Assembly (NCBI GenBank): GCA_951406725.2 | Contig: OX597825.1 | Location: 22,568,001 to 22,632,000, forward strand | From: Octopus vulgaris | Taxonomy: Eukaryota | DNA length: 64,000 nucleotides | Reading direction: 5' to 3' | In this document: positions 41,519 to 54,670 of the stretch, in pieces | Layout of the letters: every line of letters starts with the position of its first letter | How positions within the stretch are numbered: the first letter of the stretch is position 1 | Program-made: the position numbers and the translations under genes | The notes under the pieces: generated by a model | The model's input: only the letters and a program-made list of their open reading frames with translations | Database searches by the model: none | Told to the model about the DNA's origin: nothing

Positions 41519-43367
41519 ATACAAACGTTCTCTATGTATATGATTTTATTCGTCCATTTCCTCCGATGGTTAGGCATAGAGCCAGCCATTACTCCCAATG
41601 GATTATGACTAGGTAAAATGTTCCTTGTTAACCTAGTCCCATTGCTAATAGTTTTAGGTGCTTGTGCAGTCTTAAGGAAACACACGTCCTCTTTAGTTCA
41701 CATCCTTGATTCAATAGAACGTCTAGGAAGAAGAGAGGAGTCTGCACCAGCATACGGCAGGTGCTCATAACATCGGAATTGACTGGGGCGAAGTGAAATA
41801 TCTCTCGCCTAAAGACACAACGTACTGTCGTATTCATAAATTGAAACCATGGTTTTATGTCCATCGATCGAATATCTACATGTACTAGGTCATGTGTATT
41901 TAATGGTTAAGTATCATGGAGAGAAACTATCGTCAATAAATATGTACGAGACCACACTTATCTCTGATTTGGTAGCCAATTGATGAAATCTCACCAGATG
42001 ATTGATATACATTTTATCGATCTGTGACAGACAAAGTACACGTTAAACTCTGGACGCGTAGCATCTTGGGGAAGGGTCAAAGTCCAATGCACTAAGTCTC
42101 TTCCAAATTCTTCAAACGCTCCGCTTCTTTTCCCAATAATTAAATATTTCCTATATTTTCAAGATATGCGCTAGAACGACTAAAATCCTCATCAATCATA
42201 GATTTACCATTCCTGCGCTATTCAATTTGCAAGTTATTGAAAATGATATAATTTCTAAGAAAGTTTCTGTTTGTATGTTATATTCTATATTAAAGTTTGA
42301 ATCACTTCGGTAACTGGAATGGTAACAATAGTCTTCAGCATAGAATATATTATTGGTCGTGTGTCATTGCTGTTAGATTATTAGATTACTAGTTTATGAC
42401 TTGAATCTCCATGCCAACGTATTTCGGGTTATATCCGAGGAACAATACGTTGTGAGCATATTTAGTTCAACTGGTTCACATCCACAGAAAGCAACATTGA
42501 TGGCAACGTCAAACGTATCAAATTTAATTTACATACATCTTGACATTTCATGCTCCCTCGCATAAAGCCGGTTGTTAAGTCAGGATAAGACAAAGTTTTT
42601 CAATTTTTTATTCATTCTTATCGTATCCTTCCTACACAAATAGAATTTCAAATACCTTTTCTGAAAAACTAAAATCAAGAACATTATCTACCAAGAAAAT
42701 ACTGCTGAGCAAAAAATACAGCGGTATGACAATAATTTATACTGAGATTATTTTCATAATACAAATTATTTGAAGGTTTTGCTGATACTGAATATTTATA
42801 AGATAATCGTATTTATGGATAGTTGCTCTGTCTTCAAATATTAATTGAATATAGATCGTTAGTGGCTGCCCGATTTGACAAGCTTTTCTAAAATATTCAA
42901 GAAATGTGGTAGTTCCTATTGTGTCACTGATTTCATGTGTTCAGTGAATTTAAAACACACAGAACATTTATGGAATAAAATGCGGAGTGATCCTCACAGC
43001 TTACAGCTTTATATAAACAATGCAAAACATTGATTTCCTTTTACATCAGAAAACAGAAAACTTTTACATAGAAATAACTTATTATGGTATTTGATTTCTG
43101 CATATTTATTCTGGTTTGTTCAAAATAAAAAGAGGGCAGGTAAGTTTGACTTTTGTGATAGGCGAAGGCAGAATCAAGGGCGAAATATATCAGTTACTAC
43201 AAGCAAAATATCTAATATTCTACAATTTTTGAAAGTCAATTGATGATGTTATCGTTCTCCATATCCTTAAAGTCAAATATTTCTACTGATATTGCCGTCA
43301 TCATTTCTAATTCATAGAAGTACCAGAACTATATTAGAAAAGATTTCTTCAAAGTAGCAGAACTAGT

Positions 43368-43504
43368 GTGCATTATTTACATTATTAACCACTATGCCAT
43401 ATGCCCACAGGTATATACAGCAGTGGTTAAGAACGCAGGCTAATAACCTAGAGATTCCGAGTTTGATTCCAGGCAGTGACCGGAATATCAATAATAATAA
43501 TAAT

Positions 43505-43586
<82 letters not shown>

Positions 43587-43757
43587 TCGAAAAATACCTT
43601 ATGAATGAGAACCCAGGTTTGAAATTTCCCCAAGATATATGATGAAGGCTGGAGGGTATACCAGCAGAAATGTTGTGTTAACAACAAACAAGATGAGAAC
43701 AAATATCTGTCAAATGTAAATAATGTACATAATTCCTCATCTCTTAAATGTAGAATT
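43368..43757 (+). mobile_element. tRNA-headed SINE with internal (AAT)n and 3' hammerhead motif, preceded by a deleted inverted copy
   Basis: A-box-like CAGTGGTTAAGA, B box GAGTTTGATTCC (43459-43470), (AAT)n, then ATGATGA-A-GGCTGG-agggtata-CCAGCA-GAAA-TGTT-GTGTT (43639-43679). 43368-43383 is inverted to 43713-43728 (15/16); 43385-43405 is inverted to 43409-43430. Confidence 0.8.
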
Positions 43758-44020
43758 TAATACCAAATTAGTTGAAAAGTGTTCTTAACATCTTTACTGA
43801 TTTTGTATGTTTTATCAGTAACATTTCCCTTGTGTAAGTCGTTGGTCTCGGCCCTAGTGATTATTCTTAAAGATTGGCTTTTATTCTATCGATTGTTTGT
43901 GTCGAGCCGCTTAGTCCCGTGGACGTAAATAGACTAACACTGATTTTCAAGCTGTGGCTGAGGTGGGCAAGTACCAATAAAAAGAGAAACACAGACATAT
44001 ACACATGTGTGTATACATAC

Positions 44021-44090
<70 letters not shown>

Positions 44091-44115
44091 ATGTGTGTGT
44101 GTGTATGTATGTATG

Positions 44116-44151
<36 letters not shown>

Positions 44152-45136
44152 AAGAGAGAGTTAGAGAGAGAGAGTAAGAGAACGAGAGAAACAGAGAGAG
44201 ACATAGATATGCATATATATATATACTTACATATATGTATGTATGTGTGTGTGTCTGTGTGTGTATGCGTGCGTATGTATAAAACACGTGCCCATGGGCT
44301 ACGTATCAGCATGATATGTATTCTTCGACCAATCTTCCAAAGAACAATGTGGAGGTAAGGGTGACTTTCCTAATAATGCTTCGTGATTCAGATTTGATAT
44401 GAGACATCCGCCCATATTTGAAGATATTTCTCGAACGAAATACGGTGAATGTTGTATTTTCCCCTATTAAACTCCATTAGAAAATACAAAATAGCGTTTA
44501 CCAGATTTTCCCTTCACAACTGAAAACTTCCACATTTGCTGTAGCCGAAGGCATGGTAAATATATACTAAGACAAAAAATATCTTGGAACGGCACTAGTT
44601 GCAGTGTCTTATTTTCAAATCACAAATTGCATTATTTTCTCCATCCTCAAAAAAGTTTCCGTTACAACTACCTACATATCTGTTTCCTTGGAAATGGTTG
44701 AGTGTCAGTTTTATCCATTCTTCAATTCCTTCTCCTAAATATAGAGTACTTTCTTTTAAAGAAATCAAAGATATTCAGTCATGTTTGAAATATTTGTAGT
44801 GGTTCCGGTTTAGGAATCCTTCTTTGATTTAGATGACAGTAAAACTCTCGTAAGACTGTGAAGGAATCTATAGAACTATCTCCGAGGGAATTCCCCATTG
44901 ATTTACATATTTTTCACCTGTTACTTACCATATCGATTTGAACTTCCTTTATCAGACAGTGTTCGATATCAAATTTTCCTCTCTTTCTGTCTGTTTTCCA
45001 TTTATACAAATACATGCATATGTACATAGATTCACACACACACACACACACACGCGCACAAGCGCATACACTAACACAGACATGCACACACACATATTTA
45101 TATTATACATAAATATATTTGTGAATGTGTAGAAAT

Positions 45137-45190
<54 letters not shown>

Positions 45191-45227
45191 GTGTATGTAT
45201 GTATGATGTATATATGTAAGTGCTTGT

Positions 45228-45425
45228 GTGCCTGTGTTTGTTTCACCACCATCGCTTTGTCAACCGATATTGGTGTGGTTACGTTCCTGTAACTTTGCAG
45301 TTCGGCTACAGCGACCGAGAGAATAAGTATTAGGCTTTCAATGAATAAGTCCCAGCGTCTCTTTGTTCAACTAAACGCGAAGATCCAGCCTGGCCGCAGT
45401 CAAGTGACTGATACAAGTAAAAGAG
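45228..45425 (+). mobile_element. SINE family A 3' half
   Basis: CAACCGAT...GAATAAGT...GGCCGCAGTC...ACAAGTAAAAGAG. Confidence 0.75.
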
Positions 45426-45493
45426 TATGCGTGTGTGTATGTGTATTTACATATGTCCCTTTTCCTCTTTTCTCGTAGATTTGTGTTTGCGCT

Positions 45494-45599
<106 letters not shown>

Positions 45600-46384
45600 C
45601 CACACGTATGTACGTATATATTTGAATGTGTCTCTTTTACAATTATATGTGCGTTGGTGGTCTTGTTTTTCTTTGATCCATTCTTCTTAAACATTTTCCT
45701 TCACTGGAAGTAAACCAAATTAATAATAGGTGTGGAATTTGATGATAAGTAAAACGTGGCAAGATATTAATTGAATTGAGGATGTGTTGAATATTTTGCG
45801 AAGCTGAGAAAAAAGAATAATCAAAAGTAGCACGCTTTATTGATCTGCGTATATTTCATCTTCATATGTGGATTAGACGGAGTGATACCAGTTCGCTATG
45901 CCAAACCATAAATTCTTTTTACGTTACATATTGCGTCAAAAACGGAAACCAGATAATTTATAGCATATATACTTTATAACCTACATTTCCTTTATTCTTG
46001 ATAATGGGGACGAGACAACACAATTTATAGATCAAAGTCGATCATTTGTAGTATTTAGAGTGAATTAGTAAGAGGCAGGAAAAACGTTGGCATATTTATA
46101 TATGTTGTTCACAAGAGAATGTTGCGAGCGTAACAGTGGAAGACACAAACGAACCGATAGAGAAAGAAAGATATGTCACTCTATATCTAATGTAGAGCAA
46201 AAATAGATGATTGCGTTGGACTGAATGAAGTCGATTGAACTCGATATTCTGTTGTCCAAGATTGTGCTAACGTCGACTGAATAGGACAACCGCGTTGGAT
46301 ATATATATATATATATAATATATAATAGAAATATTAAAATTACTAAGTCTCTCTAAAAGAGAAGAACGGCAGCGTTCCCGGAAA

Positions 46385-46585
46385 ATAATAGTTATCGCCA
46401 TACTAATATGGCATTCTTATAAAAATAAGAATAAAGCTGTCCGCTTATTAGCTCCATGAGGCCATCGCCTTAAGTTAGCTATTTGAATATCAAATAGCTA
46501 ACTTAAGGCGATGGCCTCATGGAGCTAATAAGCGGACAGCTTTATTCTTATTTTTATAAGAATGCCATATTAGTATGGCGATAAC

Positions 46586-46591
<6 letters not shown>
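46385..46591. repeat. perfect inverted repeat (102-bp arms, 3-nt loop) next to (TA)n
   Basis: 46385-46486 is complementary to 46490-46591. Each arm contains nested hairpins GCCATA-ctaa-TATGGC and ATTCTTAT-aaaa-ATAAGAAT. Confidence 0.95.
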
Positions 46592-46638
<47 letters not shown>

Positions 46639-46714
46639 ACAGGTTTCTTCAAGTCATATATATATATATATAAATATATATGAATGAATGGAGTTGAACG
46701 ACGAATTAACAAAA

Positions 46715-46813
46715 TTCCTTTATTTTCGACATATGTTTCGAAGGCTGCATATCCCTAATTGCGAAGGAATAAGGAGTATATTATGCCGCTTTCTCATCAG
46801 GAAAATCAAGGAA
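46715..46813 (-). ncRNA. type I hammerhead ribozyme in a ~190-bp cassette between (TA)n runs
   Basis: Minus strand: stem I TTCCTTgATTTTC/GAAAATaAAGGAA; CTGATGA; stem II GAAAGCGGCATA/TATGCAGCCTTC; GAAAC-ATAT-GTC with palindromic ACATATGT. All core positions are canonical. Confidence 0.85.
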
Positions 46814-46868
46814 CTTATGTCAACATCAAGATGCACAAAACACTTTTAGATGACTGCTCATACGGAGC

Positions 46869-46907
<39 letters not shown>

Positions 46908-46909
<2 letters not shown>

Positions 46910-47070
46910 CGCAAGACTGGCTGTGTGCTAAGAAGCATGCTTAACAACCACATGGCTCTAGATTCAGACCCACTGCGTGGCACCTTGGGCAAGTGTGTTC
47001 TACTATAGCCTCGGGCCGACCAAAGCGTTATGAGTGGATTTTGTAGACGGGAACTGAAAGAAGCCCGACG
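46908..47070 (+). mobile_element. SINE family A head
   Basis: Matches the head of 51407-51568. Confidence 0.85.
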
Positions 47071-47128
<58 letters not shown>

Positions 47129-47180
47129 TACATATACATATACATACAAACATACATACATACATACATATATAATTACA

Positions 47181-47320
47181 CGACGGGTTCTTTCAGTTTC
47201 CATCTACCAAACCCATTCACAATGCTGCAATAGCAGAGACTCACTCTAGGTTCGACGCTGCGGAACTGAATCCTGAGCCATGCGGTTGAGATGCAAGCTT
47301 CTTACCACAGCCACACCTGC
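47181..47320 (-). mobile_element. SINE family A head (inverted relative to 46908-47070)
   Basis: CGACGGGTTCTTTCAGTTTCC...CTTACCACAGCCAC. Confidence 0.8.
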
Positions 47321-47552
47321 TCGTTATCTATTTTTTTCTAAGATTTTCGTTCCTTCTTGCAACGAAACCGTTGCAATAATTAACATATTCACCGTTCTTG
47401 CAACGTTTAAAATGTTAATTAATATGGCATTAAAACATAATGACTCTCTCCAGGCAAAATTAATTATGCTGTAACAAACGAATTCACATAGAGATTCTCG
47501 CAAACGAAATACAAAAACGAAATATATATATATATACTTGTATATGTGTGTG

Positions 47553-47591
<39 letters not shown>

Positions 47592-48235
47592 TTGTATTTG
47601 AGTGCGTATGTGTGTGTTCTGGAGAAAGTTATTCGGACGAAAAGTGTTCATTTCATTATCGCATAAACGGTGGATGTGAAGAAACTCACAGACGAATCAA
47701 AGCCACAATTTAAGTTAAATGTCGCATAGAATGACGTCGTATGGATCGGTATTTGGGGTTTCGAATACATAAAATTAATAGTTAATGTGAGAGGGAAACA
47801 TCAATAGAAAATGCTTTATTATTTGGCATCTAAAAAGGATGAACTGTAAATTGATAGCTAGGTAGATTAATGTCTCACAAACCGATAGTGGTTACATTAT
47901 TAAGCATTTTATTGAAGATAAAGGAATTAACAGATTCGTTATTATAGGTATATTTTTTGTTGTCGCTATCACATTACAATAGGGGAAAAACAAAGGAAAA
48001 TCTGTTTATCCCTAAGATTAAATTAGTATTGCAGATTTAAATCAGAGATGATTAAGAAATATCGCGTAAATTCCCGATGACCAATAAATATATCGTTTTT
48101 AACAAGCATAACAAGAACTATAAAGGCTTTCTGAGCTCCGTCCATCACTCATTCGTTATTTGTGCAAAGTAGAAAATGATGTGAAGGGAAGTAACGTCTG
48201 AAGTAGATCAAAGAGGAAGCGAGCATAATTATGTG

Positions 48236-49148
48236 GTGTGGCTGTGTGGTGTGTTGTGGCTGTGTGGTGTGTTATGACGGTATAGTAAGAAGTTTGGTTC
48301 AAAACCAAATGACTCCAGATTCAGTCCTACTGTGACGCACCTTGAGTAGATCTCTTCTACAATAGCCTCGAGCTGACCAAAATCTCGGTAGTGGATTTGG
48401 AAGACAAAAACTGAAAGAAACCTCGCGTATGTGTGTGTGTGTACATATATGCATGTATGTATGTATGTATGTATGTATGTATGTATGTATGTATGTTTGA
48501 ATGTATGTATGTGTATGTATGTATGCATATATGCATGGTGAAGGCGCATGGCTCAGTGGTTAGCGCGTCAAGCTTGCGACCCTGAGGTTGTGAGTTCGAA
48601 TCCCGGACCGGGCTGCGTGTTGTGTTCTTGAGAGAGACACTTTATTCCACGTTGGTCCAGTTCACTGAGCTGTAGAAATGAGTTGCGACAATACTGGTGC
48701 CAAGCTGTATCGGCCTTCGCCTTTCCCTTAGATAACACTGGTGGCGTGGAGAGGGGAGGCTGGTATGCACGGGCGACTGCTGGTCTTCCATAAATAACCT
48801 TGCCCGGACATGCGCCTGGGAGGGTATCTTTCTAGGTGCAGTCCCATGGTCAGCCTTGAACGAAGGGGGCATCAGATTTCAGATGCATGTGTGTGTACAT
48901 ATATGTATGTATGTATGTATGTATGCATGAGTGTGTTTGTGTACGTGTCCCCTAACACCGCTTCACGACTAGTGCTCGTATGTTTACGTCTGCGTAAATT
49001 AGTGATTGTGCAAGAGTGACCGATAGACTACGTACAGGTCTTTAAAAAGAAATAGTACTGGGGTTGCTTTATTCGGATAAAATTCTTCAAAGCAGTGCCT
49101 CAGTATTGCCGCAGACTAATGACTGAAACAAGTAAAAGAATAAAAGAG
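48236..49148 (+). mobile_element. old SINE family A split by a family B insertion
   Basis: Head 48236-48427 and tail ~48930-49148, with SINE B between them. Confidence 0.75.
48540..48870 (+). mobile_element. SINE family B
   Basis: Matches 19148-19459. Confidence 0.9.
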
Positions 49149-49949
49149 CAAAATATCTGTAGCAGCTTTTTCACAACTTATATTACAAGTATACGACTGT
49201 TAGACAACACACAAATATCAGATTTCCTGCTGCTTTCTAGAGATTCTATCACATCACTAGATAAACAGTAAATAAATGGACGAGACTCTCCATATTATTT
49301 AGTCTGGTAGTAAAATATAAATGGTTGCAAACGGTAAGACTATAAAACAATACGTAAGGGAGCGATTCTTTTCGTGTTCTATTCCGATCTCTTGCTGTAT
49401 TGATTTCTACCAAAACAGCAGCGAAGGAGAGAATACTGGTCTGGACAAATTCTTTTGAAAATAAAGTTATGGCCGTTCTGTACTTAAAACAAGTTCATAT
49501 TCCTATATTTACTAAGACCAATAAAGTTATGTATTGACGGTGGGATCTATCTATTAAACTCCTTTCTTAGAAATATTTGTCTTGGTGTCAGGCCACAACA
49601 TTATTATTTCGTTTCGTTCCAGTTAAGAGCGCCATTAACTCACTTTGCTTTGTATAGATATTTCGTGCTTCTTTTGCAAATTCCCTTTGATCTAGACGAC
49701 TAGATTTCGTAAATATTGAGCTTCTGATAATAATATTTGATGAAAATCTAAAGCAAACGGAATTCCTGTCATACCCCGAGTTTAAATCCCTTCATAACTT
49801 CAGAAAAGTGTCTAACTTTCGTCGGTAGCTCCCTCATTATTTGACTAATTCTCAGCTTAGTCAAATACTTTCCTGTCCACTCTTTATTGAAGAGTAGATC
49901 TACCGAACCTTACCTGTGTAGAATCATCATAAGTGATGAAAGTAAGTTC

Positions 49950-50650
49950 TCTATAAGCATATCGAACGAAAACGACAGCCAACTAAAATGGTAAAACCAA
50001 CAAGTACTAGGCCCCAAAACAACAATTCTCTTTGTTTGGTGGGATATGATGAGTATAGTCTGTAATGACGTGTTAAACCAAAACGAAACGGTTAGTTCAG
50101 AGATGTATTGATGCTCGAATGGTAGCATTACACAATAATTTGCAGAAGAAACGCTCATCATTGGTCCCTCTTAAAGGGAAGTTGCTCCGCTCTTAAAGGA
50201 CGATGCATGACCACATATTAACTAAGATAGGGAAGGATTATGGAATTAACTATTGACGTTTTCTTCGTCTAATTTACCCCTCCGACACTTTTCTGTCTAA
50301 CTAATATCTCTTCAGATCATTGCAACAATATTTAGATGGAAAATAGTCACTTAACTATGAAGAGGTTAAAATGATATCGAGTGTTCTTTGTTTAGTCATC
50401 TAAAGAATATTACGCCGGAAGGATCAACCACTCGCCAAATAGAAGAGATTATGTTATCATTATGTAGGGAACTATTATCCCGATTGAATACATCAATTAC
50501 GACCAAAGAATCCCTTCCATCTTTCCCATATTAAAATGTAACAAGACTTTCTTTCCAGCCTGACATGTTCAAGTCAACGAGTTTTCGTGTTCGACCATCG
50601 CTTCATTTATTCAGATATCGTGTATTGCAGTATTTATTATGTAATGTCCC
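49950..50650 (+). pseudogene. possible highly decayed CR1/L2-type LINE RT remnant
   Basis: Ordered remnants QVLGP..ILF, FAEET (FADDT-like), EEVK.. (KDLGV-like) and VRPSL, with many stops. Confidence 0.25.
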
Positions 50651-51406
50651 CTTAGTTTTGTTATCAAGTGACATTGATATGAGTTGAAATATGTTTATGT
50701 TTATCCTAGTCGATTGACATGACTCACAGTGCCACTCTAATTGATTCTATATTTATACAGTAAGATATTTACTTTGGAATTCAATAGTGGGCTCATATTT
50801 CTACTACACATTCACCTGTGATAAATAAATATGCATTTCGCTTGATTATATTTCAGAATCATATTACGCCGGATATTTCAAGATTACACGCGTGGATTAG
50901 AGGTCACGCATTTTTAATTAGAAGATGCCGAATATCTTCCACAAATTCACGAATAATCAAATTTCCTTACGAAATATTAATTACTCAAGAAACGAGAAAA
51001 TATAAATATTGCAATTAAGGAACCAAGACTACAAAATTTTAAGAATATTGTGAATATTGCAATAAAGACAAAATAAAAACGTAATATTCGAATAGCGTGA
51101 TGAATGCTATCAATTTAAATTCTTTAAAAATTTCATAATTGCTTTCCGAACAAGAAATCGTACATGTAAGAGCACATTTTAACACACATTACTAAATTAA
51201 AGTTAGGACCAAAATATATAAAGTTCTGCATGAAAGACCACTAATTACGACATACACACTCAGACCTACACACATACACACACGAACACGCTTCCTCCGC
51301 ACGCACACGCACCTATAGATATAATATACAATATATATACGCAATATATACATTGAAAACAAACATTTATGCATATATCCAACTTTTTTTACAATGTACA
51401 CATATA

Positions 51407-51570
51407 GCGCAGGAGTGGCTGTGTGGTAAGTAGCTTGTTTACCAACCACATGGTTCCGTGTTCAGTCCCACTGCGTGGCACCTTGGGCAAGTCTCTTCTA
51501 CTATAGCCTCTGGATGACCAATGCCTTGTGAGTGGATTTGGTAGACAGAAACTGAAAGAAGCCCGTCGTG

Positions 51571-51618
<48 letters not shown>

Positions 51619-51828
51619 TATGCGTGTGTGTGTCTGTGTTTGCCCCCCTAGCATTGCTTGACAACCGATGCTGGTGTGTTTATGTCCCCGTTATTTAGCG
51701 GTTCGGCAAAAGAGAGCGATATAATAAGTACTGGGCTTACAAAAGAATAAGTCCCGGGGTTGATTTGCTCGATTAAAGGCGGTGCTCCAGCATGGCCGCA
51801 GTCAAATGACTGAAACGAGTAAAATAGG
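51407..51828 (+). mobile_element. full-length SINE family A
   Basis: Head, internal (TA)n(TG)n and tail. Confidence 0.9.
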
Positions 51829-51928
51829 GAAATATGTGAATATATGTATATGTATATATATACATATATATAGGTGTATGTGTGTGTGTGTTTGTGTGTG
51901 TGTATGTGTGCGTATATATACACATATA

Positions 51929-52068
51929 TGGAGACGCAATGGTCCAGGGGTTAGGGCAGCGGACTCGCGGTCGGAGGATCGCGGTTTTGATTCGTAGACC
52001 GGGCGTTGTGTGTGTTTATTGAGCGAAAATGACTGAAACAAGGAAAATAGTAAAAGAGAGTAAAGAGT
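51929..52068 (+). mobile_element. SINE C head fused to SINE A terminal tail
   Basis: C head up to GAGCGAAA, then ATGACTGAAACAAG...AAAAGAGAG. Confidence 0.7.
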
Positions 52069-52994
52069 ATATTATCGAATTTGGAATGACGAACCCAAAA
52101 CAAAAAAAAATCACCCAACCGTTCTTCTCATTGATTAAGATCTAACACAAAAAAGACCATAACATTTTTTTCCTCTTAGGCAGTCTACAATTGGAAGAAC
52201 CAATTACACATTTCTGTTCCTCTACACAGTGGCTGAAGAGAAGAAGATATCCCAGAATGGAGACCTTTACCGAAAGCTTGCTTAATAATACTTTTAAGTA
52301 ACAGCATGCAACGAAAGTGATACAATGTTAAACATAGCGATAGATAGATTAAATCGGGTTCCTTAAACAGGGTAACCAAATATTTTCTGTCAGAAATTTC
52401 AATTGGAAAGCGTTATAATGACTATCTGGTAATGGTAAATATTGGTAAATATCTCTGAAATTACACTGTGCGTCACTCTTGATAGATATATGCATCTGCT
52501 TCTTTCTATTCTTTATAAAATTACATCGTATGTGATGTCTAATATTTAATATTACATGTAGCTCTAGTATTTACCAATCGTTCAATTTCACCAAAAAAGC
52601 TTTCTACATGTTATATAAGATTTAGCGTTTGCTCTAGCTTCTTCTCAACTAATGTATATGTATGTGAGGGTATGTATATGTACATGTGTGTGAGTCTATG
52701 CGTGTATATATATATGCATACATACATATAGTCATATATGTATATATATATATATATATTATATGTGTGGGTGGGTGTGACCTCCTATGCGTGTCTGCGT
52801 GTGTGTATGCGTGTTGAGGTATGTGTGTCTGTGTGTGTTTATGTCCTTGCGTATACAAAGAGAAATGGACAAGCAATTAGAGAGGGAAGGCATTGGTACA
52901 TATGAGATTCTACATACTTATTGGAGTTTGTCTAATCTACGCTTATACTACTTATATGTGTGTGTGTGTGTGTGTGTATGCATACATATACAAG

Positions 52995-53046
<52 letters not shown>

Positions 53047-53739
53047 TGTATGTATATCCTCAAGAAATGGATACGTAGCGGAATTCATTTATAAATGAAG
53101 TTCTGTAAAGAAGGTATCGATCAAAGCTTCAAAGATCGTGACATTACGATCAGAGCATGAAACAAAGACACAAACAGCCCATCACAAATACGCACACGCA
53201 CTCGGGCACGCAGTGCGTACTCGCACACACATGCAAACACACACACACACACACTTTTAACTGAGAGTGAGCAAAATATATGTACGTATCCTAACAGTTA
53301 ATCTTATCGTGTTACGCTCATGTATATATCCATACACATATTGCAGTTTGCTTGCATATGAGTAACTCGTTCTTTGAATTCATATCCCTTCTATATTCGC
53401 ACACAAACGCACAAACGTAAGCTTGCGACACACTCACGGAATCACACACAGTACTACACATACACAAACATGGACAGACACACATATTTTCTCTGAACTG
53501 TCGCTGGTCTCCGACGTGTTCCTCGTTGTAAATATCAATTATTTTTAGTTACAATAAACACAGTTGACATCCTCTGAAGACGCTATCGGGAGAAATAATA
53601 ATATCACAATGCATATAATTGCCATTTATTGCGGAAAGAAATTATTTTGCTTGATTAATCTTATTTTAAATTAATCTATTAAGCGCCGCCGTGGCACATG
53701 CTGTACTCAAACAGACATACAGACGTGTACATACATATA

Positions 53740-54134
53740 CTCTCTTTTACTCTTTTACTTGTTTCAGTCATTTGACTGCGGCCATGCTGGAGCACCGCCT
53801 TTAGTCGAGCTAATCGACCCCGGGACTTATTCTTTGTAAGCCCAGTACTTATTCTATCGGTCTCTTTTGCCGAACCACGAAGTGACGGGGACGTTAATAC
53901 ACCAGCATCGGTTGTCAAGCAATGCTAGGGAGACAAACACAGGCACACAAACACACACACACACACATACATATATATATATATGCATATATACGACAGG
54001 CTTCTTTCAGTTTCCGTCTACCAAATCCACTCACAAGGCATTGGTCGGCCCGGGGCTATAGCAGAAGAGACTTGCCCAAGTTGCCACCATATGGTTGGTT
54101 AGCAAGCTACTTACCACACAGCCACTCCTGCGCC
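53740..54134 (-). mobile_element. SINE family A
   Basis: Near-identical to 18246-18658 with a short deletion. Confidence 0.9.
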
Positions 54135-54285
54135 TATATACGTATGTTTTGTTCAAGTATGTAAGTATGTATATGTGCGTGTGCGCGCGTCTGTGTGATT
54201 GTGTGTGTGTGCATGTATTTACAAACACAAGACACATCACGTGTGCATATATTTACAAACACAATTTCATCACGATACATTTTTT

Positions 54286-54670
54286 GGAGGCACTCCGTCG
54301 GTTACGACGATGAGGATTCCGGTTGATCCGAATCAACGGAACAGCCTGCTCGTGAAATTAACGTGTAAGTGGCTGAGCACTCCACAGACGCGTGCACCCT
54401 TAACGTAGTTCTCGGGGATATTCAGCGTGACACAGAGAGTGACAAGGCCGGCCCCTTGAAATACAGGTACAACAGAAACAGGAAGTAAGAGTGAGAGAAA
54501 GTTGTGGTGAAAGAGTACAGCAGGGATCACCACCATCCCCTGCCGGAGCCTCGTGGAGCTTTTAGGTGTTTTCGCTCAATAAACACTCAGAACGCCCAGT
54601 CTGGGAATCGCAACCGCGATCCTATGACCGCGGGTCCGCTGCCCTAACCACTGGGCCATTGCGCCTCCAC
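54286..54670 (-). mobile_element. full-length SINE family C with 13-bp TSD
   Basis: Matches 31393-31776. TSD TCACGATACATTT at 54270-54282 and 54671-54683. Confidence 0.9.

Noticed and set aside
49905-49922. Isolated strong splice donors on the minus strand (also ~30775, ~62255)
   Set aside because: No matching acceptor with a coherent reading frame; expected by chance in 64 kb.
53568-53650. CTGAAGA-CGC...GCG-GAAA hammerhead-like motif (similar partial motifs at ~14286, ~21985, ~63576)
   Set aside because: No convincing stem I, stem III or cleavage triplet; compatible with chance.
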